NCBI GenBank assembly: GCA_963817895.1
Contig: CAWFQB010000011.1
Location: 160,001 to 224,000 of the forward strand
Direction: 5' to 3'
DNA from: an uncultured Chthonomonadaceae bacterium
GTDB lineage: Bacteria; Armatimonadota; Chthonomonadetes; Chthonomonadales; Chthonomonadaceae
Length of the DNA: 64,000 nucleotides
Numbering within the stretch: the stretch's first letter is position 1; every line of letters starts with the position of its first letter. Positions 31,810 through 42,001 of this stretch are shown in pieces. A program made the translations under genes and the position numbers. The notes below the pieces were generated by a model. The model did not search any database, was not told where the DNA came from, and worked only from the letters and a program-made list of their open reading frames with translations.

Positions 31810-32250
31810 CTACTGAAGCAGTTTGCGTTCAGCGATTTTCGCCTGGTCTTCGGCAATAGCGCTTTTGAGGTCATTCATCTGGCTGGTGGAGTTTTTTTGC
31901 GCTGTGAATCCCTGTGTGAATCGAGCGTTTCCTGCCGACGCGCAACCCGGTCTTCCACCAGCGTGATCTCGTGTTGCCTTGCCTCGCGCTGCTCACGCTC
32001 AGCTTCCAGCCGAGCGTGAGCAGCGCGTCGCGCTTCCTCTTCCACTTCCCGTTGTTTGATTGCTTCCGCTTGCGCCTAGCTTCATCTGCCAATTGCGCGG
32101 CTTGCTGCGCATCCTCCTGCTGTGTAGGCGTGTTTTGAGTGACAAGTGCCGATTGGCTGATAGGGAGCGCAGTAGGCTGCGGCACAGCGACTTATGTAAA
32201 TTCGGTTCCACCCCGCGAACACTTGGTGAGTACGACGCCCATAACTGTCA
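31810..32250 (-). pseudogene. Disrupted coiled-coil hypothetical gene
   Basis: Q/E/A/R-rich text continues across frames (QQEDAQQAAQLADEA / REVEEEARRAAHARLEAEREQRE / MNDLKSAIAEDQAKIAERKLLQ*), with a stop near the 5' end. Confidence 0.4.
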
Positions 32251-32584
32251 TGCAAATGATTACAGGGAGAGGGCGCAGACGGGAAGATTTGTCTTGAAGG
32301 GAGAGATTGGACAATACTCTTTAGTTACCAGGCGTGAAATGGAACATCTAGCCTTGCCTCCTACAAGGCTAGACGCATACGAAAAAGCAACCTTACAATT
32401 CCCTGATAAAATTGCGGAGTAGTTTTCGCGTAGTAGAGGATAATTTATGACGACTTGAGTTTTGCACCGCGAGCTACAAACATGAAACGCAGGAAATGCA
32501 CGGGGAAATGACGAATAATGGTTCGTTCCTGTGCTTCCTTAAGGTTGCGTGTCGTCATTCATGTTTTACGAAGGTAGCTTAGCC

Positions 32585-33707
32585 ATGTGGTTCTCTCCAA
32601 AGCGCGCATATGACCCACTGCTGCATCGGTTTTTTGCTGCCAGAACGCAGAAAGAGGCGGATTCCGTTTTTCAGGTTCTCTGGACAAAAGAGCTTTGCAG
32701 GGAAGCGGAACAGACACTGCATAAGCACATGCCGAGGCGGGAAGAGCATGAAAAGCGCGAGGAGCTTGTCGCCGAAACGGAATACAGTCTGTACAAAATA
32801 CTGAATGGGCAGCGGAGTCAGGAAGCGGAAGGAGCGAGAATACCCCGACAACAGGAAATAATGAACGCGCGCGCTTACACCCGCATGATCGTCAAAAACC
32901 TGTTTGTAAACTACCTGCGTAAACGTAACCCTGCCTGGCGGCAGATAAATCAAAAGATGCTGTCCGCGCTGCAAACCCACCCTGAACTGGAACTATGGGA
33001 GACAGAACCCCCCCATGCTGTCAGCATGGCCGGTCTGCGCGCCTGGTCGCGGCGAATGACCGCAATAACCGCGGAAGCGCAGCAATTTCTGGAAGGTGAT
33101 TACGCGAATTTCCGCCAGCATCAACTGGATAATCAGAGCCCGATGGAAATTGTCGGCGCGAACATGGCCGGACTGCCCCTTTTGATCGGGCATATTCTGG
33201 CGTGGGTGGAGATTCCCCTTCTGGCCGATACGCTGATGTTTTATCTCGCGCAGTTTCTGGAACTCAAGGAGACAGATTCCGAAGTCTCTGGAAGAAAGGC
33301 AGGAGCGGGGCAGCGCAGAAATACCGGACACAAAAGATATATTCGGGGATATTCTGGATCAGGCGGCGCGCACGGAGTGGATGCGCCGGGTCGGGAAGTT
33401 GATGTGCGATACAGATAGGAAAGGCGCGCTTACTCGCTGTGAACGAGGAGCGATTCTGCTCAATCAGGAGCAGGATTTCATTCTGGACGGATTGGACATA
33501 CGCATTACGGAGTTGGCGCAGGCGCTGGGGATTTCTCTCTCAACCCCCGATTTGTTTGAACGCTTTCTTGAGGAAGCCTGGCGCAAACTCCCACTTACGG
33601 ATGCGGACAGCAAGAAGTTTCTGAAAGCAGAGCAGACGATCTCCAATTGCCGCATGACGGCTCGACGCAAAATCGAAAGATGGCGCGAAGAAATGAAAGA
33701 ATTGTAA
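32585..33707 (+). CDS. Atypical enlarged sigma-70/ECF-like sigma factor (frameshift near 33300-33400)
   Basis: Region-2-like 'REELVAET..SL' and 'RAYTRMIVKNLFVNYLRK'; region-4-like 'LTRCERGAILL', 'ELAQALGIS' and 'ISNCRMTARRKI'; directly upstream of a ZAS anti-sigma gene. Confidence 0.6.
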
Positions 33708-33746
33708 GGCCGCGCGTATTCGGTCGTCTTGGAACGTTAAGAGGCC

Positions 33747-34980
33747 ATGGAACATCTAACAGAAACACAAATTTCAAATTATCGCGCGGGAACGCTGGAC
33801 GCGCTTGGCGACTACGCTGTTGTCGAACGCCATCTTGACACCTGCCCGTCTTGCCGGGACTTGTTCCGGCGGGCGGCAGGCGCGCGTTTGGCGCAGGCGG
33901 CGGGTGTGCCTGCCGACGCCCCGCACCCGGACGACGACGTTATTTCCCGCTACGCGCAAAACGAAACCGTCGTTACGGCGCGGGAGCGGGAGCATATCAC
34001 GCAGTGTTCACGCTGCCTGGCGGACGCTGCCGCTGTGCGCCAGTATCTCGAAGTACAAACTCTGGCCCCGTTGCCGAACTCGCTCACCACTCGGTAGGGA
34101 CAACAAGAAGCGCGTCTCCGCTGACAACAAGCGACATATTTCCGGCAGCCAGGAAACATACGCGCCAGATGCCAATCGGGGCTATGGGCCGGGAGGATGG
34201 GCGGCTTTTAGACTGCGTTGGGCTGGCCTGTCCCTGTGCGGTATGGCGGCTGCCGCCGCGCTGGTCTGGTTCCTGAATCAGTCCGCGCTTCATCGGGTCA
34301 CAGCGGAACGGGATCGCCTGCAACAGCAGATTGTGGCAGGCATTCGGGGAAATGGCAGCGGCTCGATCCCGATGTTTGCCGCGCGTGGCGACGTGTCCGA
34401 ACAGACGCTGGCGCAATTGAGGAAGTTAAATAACCAAAGCGCCATAATGGGCGAGGCCAACCGTGACGCCGTTCAACTGCTGCGTCCAAAAGGAACGCTG
34501 GTTGGCAGTCTGCGCCCTTTGCTTGTCTGGAAACTGACCAAGCCGATCCCCGGCGCAACCCATTATGAAATCACGATTGTCAACGCGCAAACACCTAATG
34601 CGTCCAATCCCGAGGAGCATACTCTCACGCTAGATTTGCGTGGGGATGAGAATGGCAGCCGTCGCCTGTCTCAACCCGGCGCTACGCCCCCCGAAGCCTG
34701 CCTGCAAGTGCCGGATGGCCTGCTGAAGCCCGATACCATCTATAGCTGGAGTGTCGAGGTCAAAGGCGAAAACAAGGAGGCTTCTTTCGGCGGCTCATCT
34801 CCCGATGCGCAATCGTTTTTCGGAACCCTGACGACTGCGCAGATGGGGCAACTGGGTCAGGTTGCCGCGCCGATGGGAGTTTTGGACGATGCGGAACCCG
34901 CCCTGGCAGCGGATGCGCGAAGCGCTGAGTCGCGCCGCCTGCTGGACGCCTTACGCAAACTGCGCGCCGACTTCAAATAA
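33747..34980 (+). CDS. Zinc-finger (ZAS) anti-sigma factor with a TM helix and extracytoplasmic domain (frameshift near 34090)
   Basis: Two HxxxCxxC motifs (HLDTCPSC, HITQCSRC); TM 'WAGLSLCGMAAAAALVWFL'; 'LLRPKGTLV.SLRPLLVW...YSWSV' beta domain (DUF928-like). Confidence 0.7.
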
Positions 34981-34988
34981 CCCGTGCT

Positions 34989-37900
34989 TCACTGCCCGGA
35001 GCCATTGAGTATGAATGTCGCCCAGAAGTAGGGGCGCGGGTTACGTTTCAGCGCCCGGATTTGCGCTTCGCGCAGGGCTGCCGCTAAAGTCTTTTTGCCT
35101 TTGGCGGCCTTCCATGCGCGATAGAAGTCCAGTAGGAGTTCCGCCGATGGCTTATCCTGCACGACCCACAGCGACATCAGCACATTGTTCGCCCCCGCTG
35201 TCAGAAATGCCCGCGCCACGCTCTGAACCCCTTCAAACTGGCTTTCTGCTCCTGTTCCTGTTTCGCAGGCCCACAAAACTACCAGATGCGCGTTTGTTCT
35301 CATACGCATGATTTGCCACACATGAAGCAGGCCGGTATCTTTGGAATTTGGCGTCAATGCCAGACTTGAATTTAAGGAATCCCGGCTGTCTGCAAGGCCG
35401 TGACAGCCCACATGCAGAATATCCACGTCCACGCACTTTGCCGTCAGATTGGAAATCGTCGCTTGTTCCCCGGTCAGCACAAGGGAGTGAGGCGCGTAGA
35501 GTTTGCCTACCTGCTTCGCCACTGTTCCCGTTTCCTGTAATTGCTGCCGTGTCCCGCCCATGATTGTCACACGCGCATAGGCAGACGACTTTGCCGCCCC
35601 GGTCAGCCGGTAAGCGGGATTGCCGACAGCCAGAACTTTCGGGTTTGTGATTTGTCGCGCGGAATGCAGGCTGCGGTAGATGGTCAGGGAACCGACGACA
35701 CTCACGGGCAGTTTCTCAATGAGAAAATGTCCATCTTTGGGCATCAATGCAGCAAAGGGAACATTATGCAGCGGCCCGTCCGGGCAAATCACAAGCGCGT
35801 CGGCATGGTTGATTTCTTCCTGCGCGGGCGAGAGAAGCTGGCGGTAAAGGTCTTTCAAAACGGGCGTGTACTTATGTGGCGTACTGTTGATGTTGGCGTA
35901 AATACGGCGCGCGTTGGTGACTTGCCGGACCAACAGGTCGCGCGATACAGACAGGCGATAAGAACGAAAACGTGTTCGCGTGAGGGTAAAGAGATACGTC
36001 TGCCTGTCATCGGTCGCGAAAGCCAGCGCGAGCGTTCCCGGCGGCAGAGCTTGCTTTGCCGCTTCCACATCAATCGGCTGCGGGGTTTCTATCGCGGAGA
36101 TGCGCGGCAAAGCCAGGCCCAGATCGGCATCCAACTGACGTTGCTGAACTTCCAGCGCTTGCAGCGATTGGCGCAGAGGTTCTTCCCGGTTGGTTTCATG
36201 GTTTGCCTGCGCCTGCTGAAGTTCAGTTTCCTGAACGCGTCGGCGATCATCGAGGGCAAGTTGTTGGTCCCGAAATTTCGGCGGCAGTTGATAAACCAGA
36301 TCCCGGTAGCGTTTCGCCATGCTGTCAACAAGCGAGCGCGCATGAATATGTTCCAGTACGCCAAAAGCTTTTTCCGGCTGATCCAGAGACAGGTAGGTTT
36401 GCATCAGCCCCGTAAACGCCTCGGCGTTTTGCTGCACGAGGAAGGCGCGCGTTTCCAGGCTGAAAATTGCCTGCCGCTGATTGTCCAGGAGGGAGGTGGC
36501 TTTCTCAAAATAAGACAGCGCGTCTTTGGGCTGCTGTTGGCGCAGGAGAATTTGCCCTAAAAGCGTTTGGATTTTGGCTTCTGCAAATGTCCCGCCGGTT
36601 TTTTTCATTATCACCAGCGCTTCTTCACACAACTGGCGGGCTGCTGTCAACCGCTTTTGCGACAAAGCAACCACTGCCAGCCCCGTGAGACTGGCGACCA
36701 TACCCGGTAATTCAGGTAAGACTTGCTTCCAGATTGCGCGCGCCTGTTGAAAGTAATCTTTAGCCTGTTTCAAGTTTCCCAGACTATCGCTTGTCAACCC
36801 CAGGCCGTTGAGGACAGCAGCCTGCCGCGCAGAAGCGGGCGCGAACTGCAAAATAGCATTGACCTCTTCATAATGTTTCTGGCACTGTTGAAACTCTCCC
36901 CGCGCTAATTCCACCAGTCCCAACAACAAAACAAGATTCCATTTTTCAGGGGAATTAAAAGCCAGTTTATTCGCCAGCGCCAGTCCCTCCCGGTAATGAG
37001 TTTCGGCGCTTTCCAGATCGCCCTGAATGGCCGCAATCAGCCCTTGTGTGCTGAGAAGATCAAGGCGACTGGCAACCGTAGGAGGAGAGGACTTGCGCCA
37101 CAAGGCAAGAGTCTGCTGAATATAAAATTGCGCTTTGCGCGTGTTGCCCTGCATCGCCATAATACGCGCCAGGCTGCTGGTAAGGGACGCGAGCGTATCC
37201 CACGCGCCCGAGTATCTCCTACGACAAAGCGCAAGGGCCTGTTCGTATTCCTTGCGCGCCAGTGCCGTCTTGCCCGAAGCGGCAGTCACAGTACCGAGGT
37301 CACTAAGGCAGTTCACCATATTCGGCGAATCGGGCGCGTGTTTCTGAAACAAAGCTCGCGCTGTTGAATAGCTGTCAAGGGCGTTTTGTATCTTTGTCTC
37401 GTAAACGGCGATGATACCCATGTGACAATAACTGTCTCCCATGCTTACCGAGTCCGGAACCAGCCGATTTCGGATATTGAAGGCAGCAGTGAATAGTTCG
37501 CGCGCCTTTGCCATGTGTATGGGCATGCTCAACATATAAAAGGCTCCGCCGCCATCCGGTGTCGTCATAACGAACTGAATAGTTCCTCGCAAATCCAGAG
37601 ATTCCGCCATGCTCATTTCGTCATGGCAGGCGGCTGCCAGGGGATAAGCGCGTTCCAGGCATTTGTAGGCATCGGGCAGCTTGTGAAGATTGAGATTGCG
37701 AACGGCAATGCCCATCATGGTAATTGCCTGCGCTTCCCTATCTGTTCCGCGCGCGACGATTTGCCACAAGCGCTGCGCCCATTTCAAAGCTGCTCGTATG
37801 CTGGCATCCTTGCTTTTCTGCGGCAAAAAATTGTTATTATCCAGGGCGAATGCGGCGTAGTTGTCCGAAATCACAGTACACAAAAAGGCGGAACTCTGCG

Positions 37901-38402
37901 TATCGGATGCGGCTTCGGCTCGCCGAAAGGCGGTAATCCAGGGCGCAGACGCCGCCATCCATTGCTTCGCTTCGTGCCGCTTCAGCCCGACACGATACAA
38001 AGACAAAATATTCGTAGGAAGCTGAGGACGGAAAATCCATTTTTCCTCGTTGATTGACGTCATATCGCCGGAGTTTACCATCACCTCGAGTATCCGCTTG
38101 CCGCGCCGGACTGTCATCTTCACTTGCGATTGCGCGACAACATTGCCAATAGCCGCGCCGAAAGCAGCGAATGAATGTATGGGACGATCCCGATATTGGA
38201 GTACGACATCGCCGGGCATCAGCCCCGCTTTTGCTGCGGCTGTGTTGGGGAGCACTAATTCGAGGACAACTTCGGCAGGAGCGGAGGCGCGGGAAGCTTG
38301 GCCGTGTAAGCCGGAGGCGGAACAGGCGGCAATGCAGAACAGGCCGCTCAAATGTCCCAACCATAGAAGAACCAGGAGGAAACGATGGCAAGAAAACAGC
38401 AT
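34989..38402 (-). CDS. Exported PDZ-TPR-CHAT (caspase-like) protease
   Basis: Signal/lipobox 'IAAC', PDZ 'AAKAGLMPGDVV', TPR array, 'PDGPLHNVPFAAL', catalytic 'LHVGCHG' and 'VVLWACETG', and 'PYFWATFILNG'. Confidence 0.9.
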   Translation of the reverse strand: MLFSCHRFLLVLLWLGHLSGLFCIAACSASGLHGQASRASAPAEVVLELVLPNTAAAKAGLMPGDVVLQYRDRPIHSFAAFGAAIGNVVAQSQVKMTVRRGKRILEVMVNSGDMTSINEEKWIFRPQLPTNILSLYRVGLKRHEAKQWMAASAPWITAFRRAEAASDTQSSAFLCTVISDNYAAFALDNNNFLPQKSKDASIRAALKWAQRLWQIVARGTDREAQAITMMGIAVRNLNLHKLPDAYKCLERAYPLAAACHDEMSMAESLDLRGTIQFVMTTPDGGGAFYMLSMPIHMAKARELFTAAFNIRNRLVPDSVSMGDSYCHMGIIAVYETKIQNALDSYSTARALFQKHAPDSPNMVNCLSDLGTVTAASGKTALARKEYEQALALCRRRYSGAWDTLASLTSSLARIMAMQGNTRKAQFYIQQTLALWRKSSPPTVASRLDLLSTQGLIAAIQGDLESAETHYREGLALANKLAFNSPEKWNLVLLLGLVELARGEFQQCQKHYEEVNAILQFAPASARQAAVLNGLGLTSDSLGNLKQAKDYFQQARAIWKQVLPELPGMVASLTGLAVVALSQKRLTAARQLCEEALVIMKKTGGTFAEAKIQTLLGQILLRQQQPKDALSYFEKATSLLDNQRQAIFSLETRAFLVQQNAEAFTGLMQTYLSLDQPEKAFGVLEHIHARSLVDSMAKRYRDLVYQLPPKFRDQQLALDDRRRVQETELQQAQANHETNREEPLRQSLQALEVQQRQLDADLGLALPRISAIETPQPIDVEAAKQALPPGTLALAFATDDRQTYLFTLTRTRFRSYRLSVSRDLLVRQVTNARRIYANINSTPHKYTPVLKDLYRQLLSPAQEEINHADALVICPDGPLHNVPFAALMPKDGHFLIEKLPVSVVGSLTIYRSLHSARQITNPKVLAVGNPAYRLTGAAKSSAYARVTIMGGTRQQLQETGTVAKQVGKLYAPHSLVLTGEQATISNLTAKCVDVDILHVGCHGLADSRDSLNSSLALTPNSKDTGLLHVWQIMRMRTNAHLVVLWACETGTGAESQFEGVQSVARAFLTAGANNVLMSLWVVQDKPSAELLLDFYRAWKAAKGKKTLAAALREAQIRALKRNPRPYFWATFILNGSGQ

Positions 38403-38525
38403 AATGTATCCCCATGCTCAGAGCAGAGTTCAGCGCGCAAACCGGATTAGATTATTGTTGGAAACCTGACAGTCGTAACAGGTATGTTCAGTATGGCATA
38501 TAAGGGGTTGCGCCGACAAACCGGC

Positions 38526-40282
38526 CTATTCCACGCCGTGAAAACCGGAGTGGTACAGGCCGATTTTTCTTGCCACAGCCTCAAACCGGGAATTAGAGCG
38601 CAGACTGATGAAGCGTGGGTCAATGTGAATCAACACCAGATCGCCGGGATGTTCGTTCAGGGCCAAGTCTAAACAATCCAGAGCGGCCTCCGGCTCCTCC
38701 AACCCGAGATAAATAGTGGATAGGGCGACGGGAGAAACATAACAGCCTTCGGTTTCGCGCTGTTCTTTCAATTGTTCCAGCAGTTCGCGTGATTTCTCGC
38801 GCTCGCCTGCCTTCGCATAGGCATGGGCAATGCCTGCGACAAAGAGGGGTTTTGCGGACCTTCCAGCATATCATCCAACTCAATAGCGTGATGGAACGCC
38901 CGCAATGCCTCGTCGAATTTATCTTTCGCGTCCTCCGTCAGCCCAATCTCCTCGCACATAAGCGCCTGCTGTTCGTATGCTTTCCCCAGACAATAATGAA
39001 CCAGGCAGTAGCGGGGCGCGTCTTTCAGAGCGTCCCGGTACTTTTCAATGGCATACGCATACAGGCGCTTGTAGTGGTATCGCTCGCCCACGCTTTTGCT
39101 CAAAACCCCGCTTTGCGGCTCCAGATCGCAGGCGGTATTGATCTCTTCCAGGCTTTGCTGCGTGTTGCCCTGTAGCATCAGGAGGTAACTGTACCATTGA
39201 TGGGCCGTTTCGTTGTCCGGGTTTAGCAGCAGCGCTTCAATAAAGGCCTCTTCCGCTTCCACCCACTCCCAATCATAAATCATTTTAATCCAGGCGTCCG
39301 CCGTCAGTATCGCGGATTGGGCAATATCCGACACCCTGCCCGTTGTTTGCCCGGCCGCCTGCACCCAGGTTTTGGCCTGAGCCGCCGCTACGCGAGGTTC
39401 CAGATAACTGTAATAGCCGAGCATGCTGTACGCATCCGCCATTCCCGCATACGCGAGGGCATAGTTCGGGTCGGCCTCTATCGCCTTCTGAAACCAGGCC
39501 AAGCTCTCCTGCAAGGCTCCCTCGGCGCGTATCTTCCACAGTCGCCGTCCCTGATTATAAGCGGCCACGGCTTTGGGGTTAATGACAGAGATGGGCGGGA
39601 TGTAAGGAAACGGCCTGGGCAGCCACGATGCCGGCGGTTCCGCTGTGGGCGTCTCATTCCCATGTTCCAGAAGCGCGCATTCGTCTGAGGAGAGCGGCGA
39701 GGCGTTGGCCGCGTGTTCTTCGCACATATTGGCGAGTTCCGGCAGGGACAGTTCGCGGAACAAGCCGCACAGCGTTTCAAGCGCCTGAACGAACTTAGCC
39801 CGGTAATCCGAACGCGCCTTTGCGATCCAGTCGTATTCCTGCGTGTCCGAATAACCCAGCAAAAACTCGCCCCGGTACAGTCTTGCGGCTGCCGTCAGCG
39901 CTTTGATCTTTGCCGGGGCGTCTGTGGCTTTGTCCGCTTCTTTGAGATGCTGGTTGAAATCGTCAATATCCCGCGTGAACAACTCCGAAAGCAGGCCCAG
40001 AGTGCCATCGCGCGGGCTTTGCAGCAGGGTATCCGGCGACAGTTTGGGCATCCCTAATATTCGGGTCAGCCTGAGCAGCGCCTGTGAAAGATTGTTGTCG
40101 CCATCATCGGAAAGCGGCCAGAATTTCACGGCAAGGCTTGCGCGGCTATGCTTGCCCCTGTTGTAGGCCAGAAACGCGAGCAACTGGCAATGCTTGTTGC
40201 GATGAATACCCGGCACAATTTCCTTATTTCGCGTTACCTCGAACGTTCCCAGCATTTTGAAATGCCAGCGCTCCTCGATCAT
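38526..40282 (-). CDS. SARP/BTAD transcriptional regulator with C-terminal TPR array (frameshift near 38830)
   Basis: 'MLGTFEV', 'LLAFLA', 'NLSQALLRL', 'LYRGEFL.G....W', then TPRs 'DPNYALAYAGMADAY' and 'YDWEW..AE'. Confidence 0.8.
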
Positions 40283-40493
40283 TTTGCCGCTCCCCTGTTC
40301 TCCTGACCCTCTTTTTCTTGTTTTTCTTTTCTTCTGCTTCCTACTGCGCCTGCATCGCCCGTAAAGTTCCGCCGGAAACCATGTTCATGTAGAATAAACC
40401 TGAAATTGTTCTGCTGTAAACCCTGATTTCATACGGTCAGGCTTATACTGTAAACAAGCGAATTCAGCAATTGTGTTTAAGGGGGTCAGACGG

Positions 40494-41918
40494 ATGAGCG
40501 TAACTCTGTGCATGATTATTATTGCGGCGGCGATATGGGCATTGCTGCGGCGCGTGGATGTGCGGCTTGTGCTGCTGGCCGCTTCGGTCGCGCTGTACGC
40601 GCTCGCGGGCAAACTGCCGGAAATGTTCGTCAAAATGTCGGAAGAACTGGCAAATCCACGCACCGTTGTACCCATCTGCTCCGCCATGGGGTTCGCCTAT
40701 GTGCTGCGAGTTACGGAGTGCGACAAACATCTGGTGCATCTGCTGCTGCGTCCCTTAGACCACCGCCTTGCGCGCGCCCTGCTGATTCCGGGCTGCGTGA
40801 CGGCTGGATTTGTTGTCAACATGGCGGTTGTCAGCCAGTCGGGCGCGGCAGCGGTCGTCGGGGCCATACTGCTTCCCCTGTTGTTGAGCAAGGGCATTTC
40901 AAGAGCGACGGCGGGTTCGCTCCTGCTGCTTGGATGCAGCATGGGCGGCCAGTTGTTCAATCCCGGCGCAGTGGAAATCGGGAACCTGAACAGCGAAACC
41001 AAAATTTCCTGTGGCGAACTGGCGCAGCGTTTCATTCCTCTCAATCTGATTGCTTGCGTCACCGCGTTACTGGTCTACTGGTATCTTGCCGCGCGCCGGG
41101 AACGCGCATACAGGCTCAATGCGCTGCGCATCGTCGGAACAAATGCGAATTACGACCTGAAAAAGCCGCTTCCCCCAAACGCGCAGCCGTTCCGTATCAA
41201 CCCTGCCAAATCCGCCGTGCCGTTCGTGCCTCTGCTGCTGCTGATGGCAGTTATGTGCAGGCCGCTTTCCAATCCACTGCATCGGTTTCCCGAACATGTC
41301 ACCATTCTGGCGGCCATGCTGATTGGCGTCGTGGCGGCGGGGCTGACGTCCCCTTCGCAAATGGGCAAATTGACGCGCGTCTTTTTTGATGGCATGGCAT
41401 TTGCCTACGGTCAGATCATCTCCATCACGGTCAGCGCAACCCTGTTCGCCGAGGGTATCAAGGTCAACGGCCTGATACAAAGTATGGTCGGGCGTTTGGC
41501 GGCGCGTCCCGGCCCCGCCCTGCTGGCAAGTCTGCTGCTGCCGGGTGGATTGGCGGCGCTGTCGGGTTCAGGGGCGGGCGCAGCCATTTCTATGATACAC
41601 GCGCTGATCCCCGGCGCCCCCGCCATGCATCTGGACCCCGTGCAGACCGGAGCGCTGATTGCCGTCGCCGCGCAACTGGGCCGCACCATGAGTCCGGTAG
41701 CCGCCGTGACTATCCTGTGCGCCACGCTGGCAATCGCGACGCCCACTCCGCATGACGCCGACGCGGATACAGCGGAAGCAGAACTGGAAACCAACATTGA
41801 AGCCTCAGACAAGAATGTCGCAAACATGGCCCTGACCCTGGCAAAGCGGGTCGCGCTGCCCCTGCTCGCAGGCGGCGCGGCGATGTATCTGGCCGCGCTG
41901 GCAGGCATAGGCCGTTGA
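40494..41918 (+). CDS. C4-dicarboxylate transporter, DcuC-like
   Basis: 'DVRLVLL', 'ICSAMGFAYVL..T.CDKHLV', 'LFNPG', 'LSGSG' and 'GRTMSPVAAV'; about 12 TM helices. Confidence 0.8.
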   Translation: MSVTLCMIIIAAAIWALLRRVDVRLVLLAASVALYALAGKLPEMFVKMSEELANPRTVVPICSAMGFAYVLRVTECDKHLVHLLLRPLDHRLARALLIPGCVTAGFVVNMAVVSQSGAAAVVGAILLPLLLSKGISRATAGSLLLLGCSMGGQLFNPGAVEIGNLNSETKISCGELAQRFIPLNLIACVTALLVYWYLAARRERAYRLNALRIVGTNANYDLKKPLPPNAQPFRINPAKSAVPFVPLLLLMAVMCRPLSNPLHRFPEHVTILAAMLIGVVAAGLTSPSQMGKLTRVFFDGMAFAYGQIISITVSATLFAEGIKVNGLIQSMVGRLAARPGPALLASLLLPGGLAALSGSGAGAAISMIHALIPGAPAMHLDPVQTGALIAVAAQLGRTMSPVAAVTILCATLAIATPTPHDADADTAEAELETNIEASDKNVANMALTLAKRVALPLLAGGAAMYLAALAGIGR

Positions 41919-41954
41919 ACGGTATAGGCCGTTGAACGGCATAGGCCGTTGAGC
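41904..41954. repeat. 17-bp tandem repeat x3 spanning the stop codon
   Basis: ggcataggccgttgaac / ggtataggccgttgaac / ggcataggccgttgagc. Confidence 0.85.
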
Positions 41955-42001
41955 GGCAGCGCTGTCCACGCATTGAATTTTATGCCGGATTGGAGAAAAT
42001 A

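Noticed and set aside
34989..38402. Type III-E CRISPR-associated Csx29 protease
   Set aside because: No gRAMP/Cas7-11 or array is nearby, and this protein has an export signal and PDZ domain; used only as an analogy.
41904..41954. 17-bp x3 repeat as CRISPR or iteron array
   Set aside because: No spacers and no rep gene; it is a simple duplication of the gene's 3' end.
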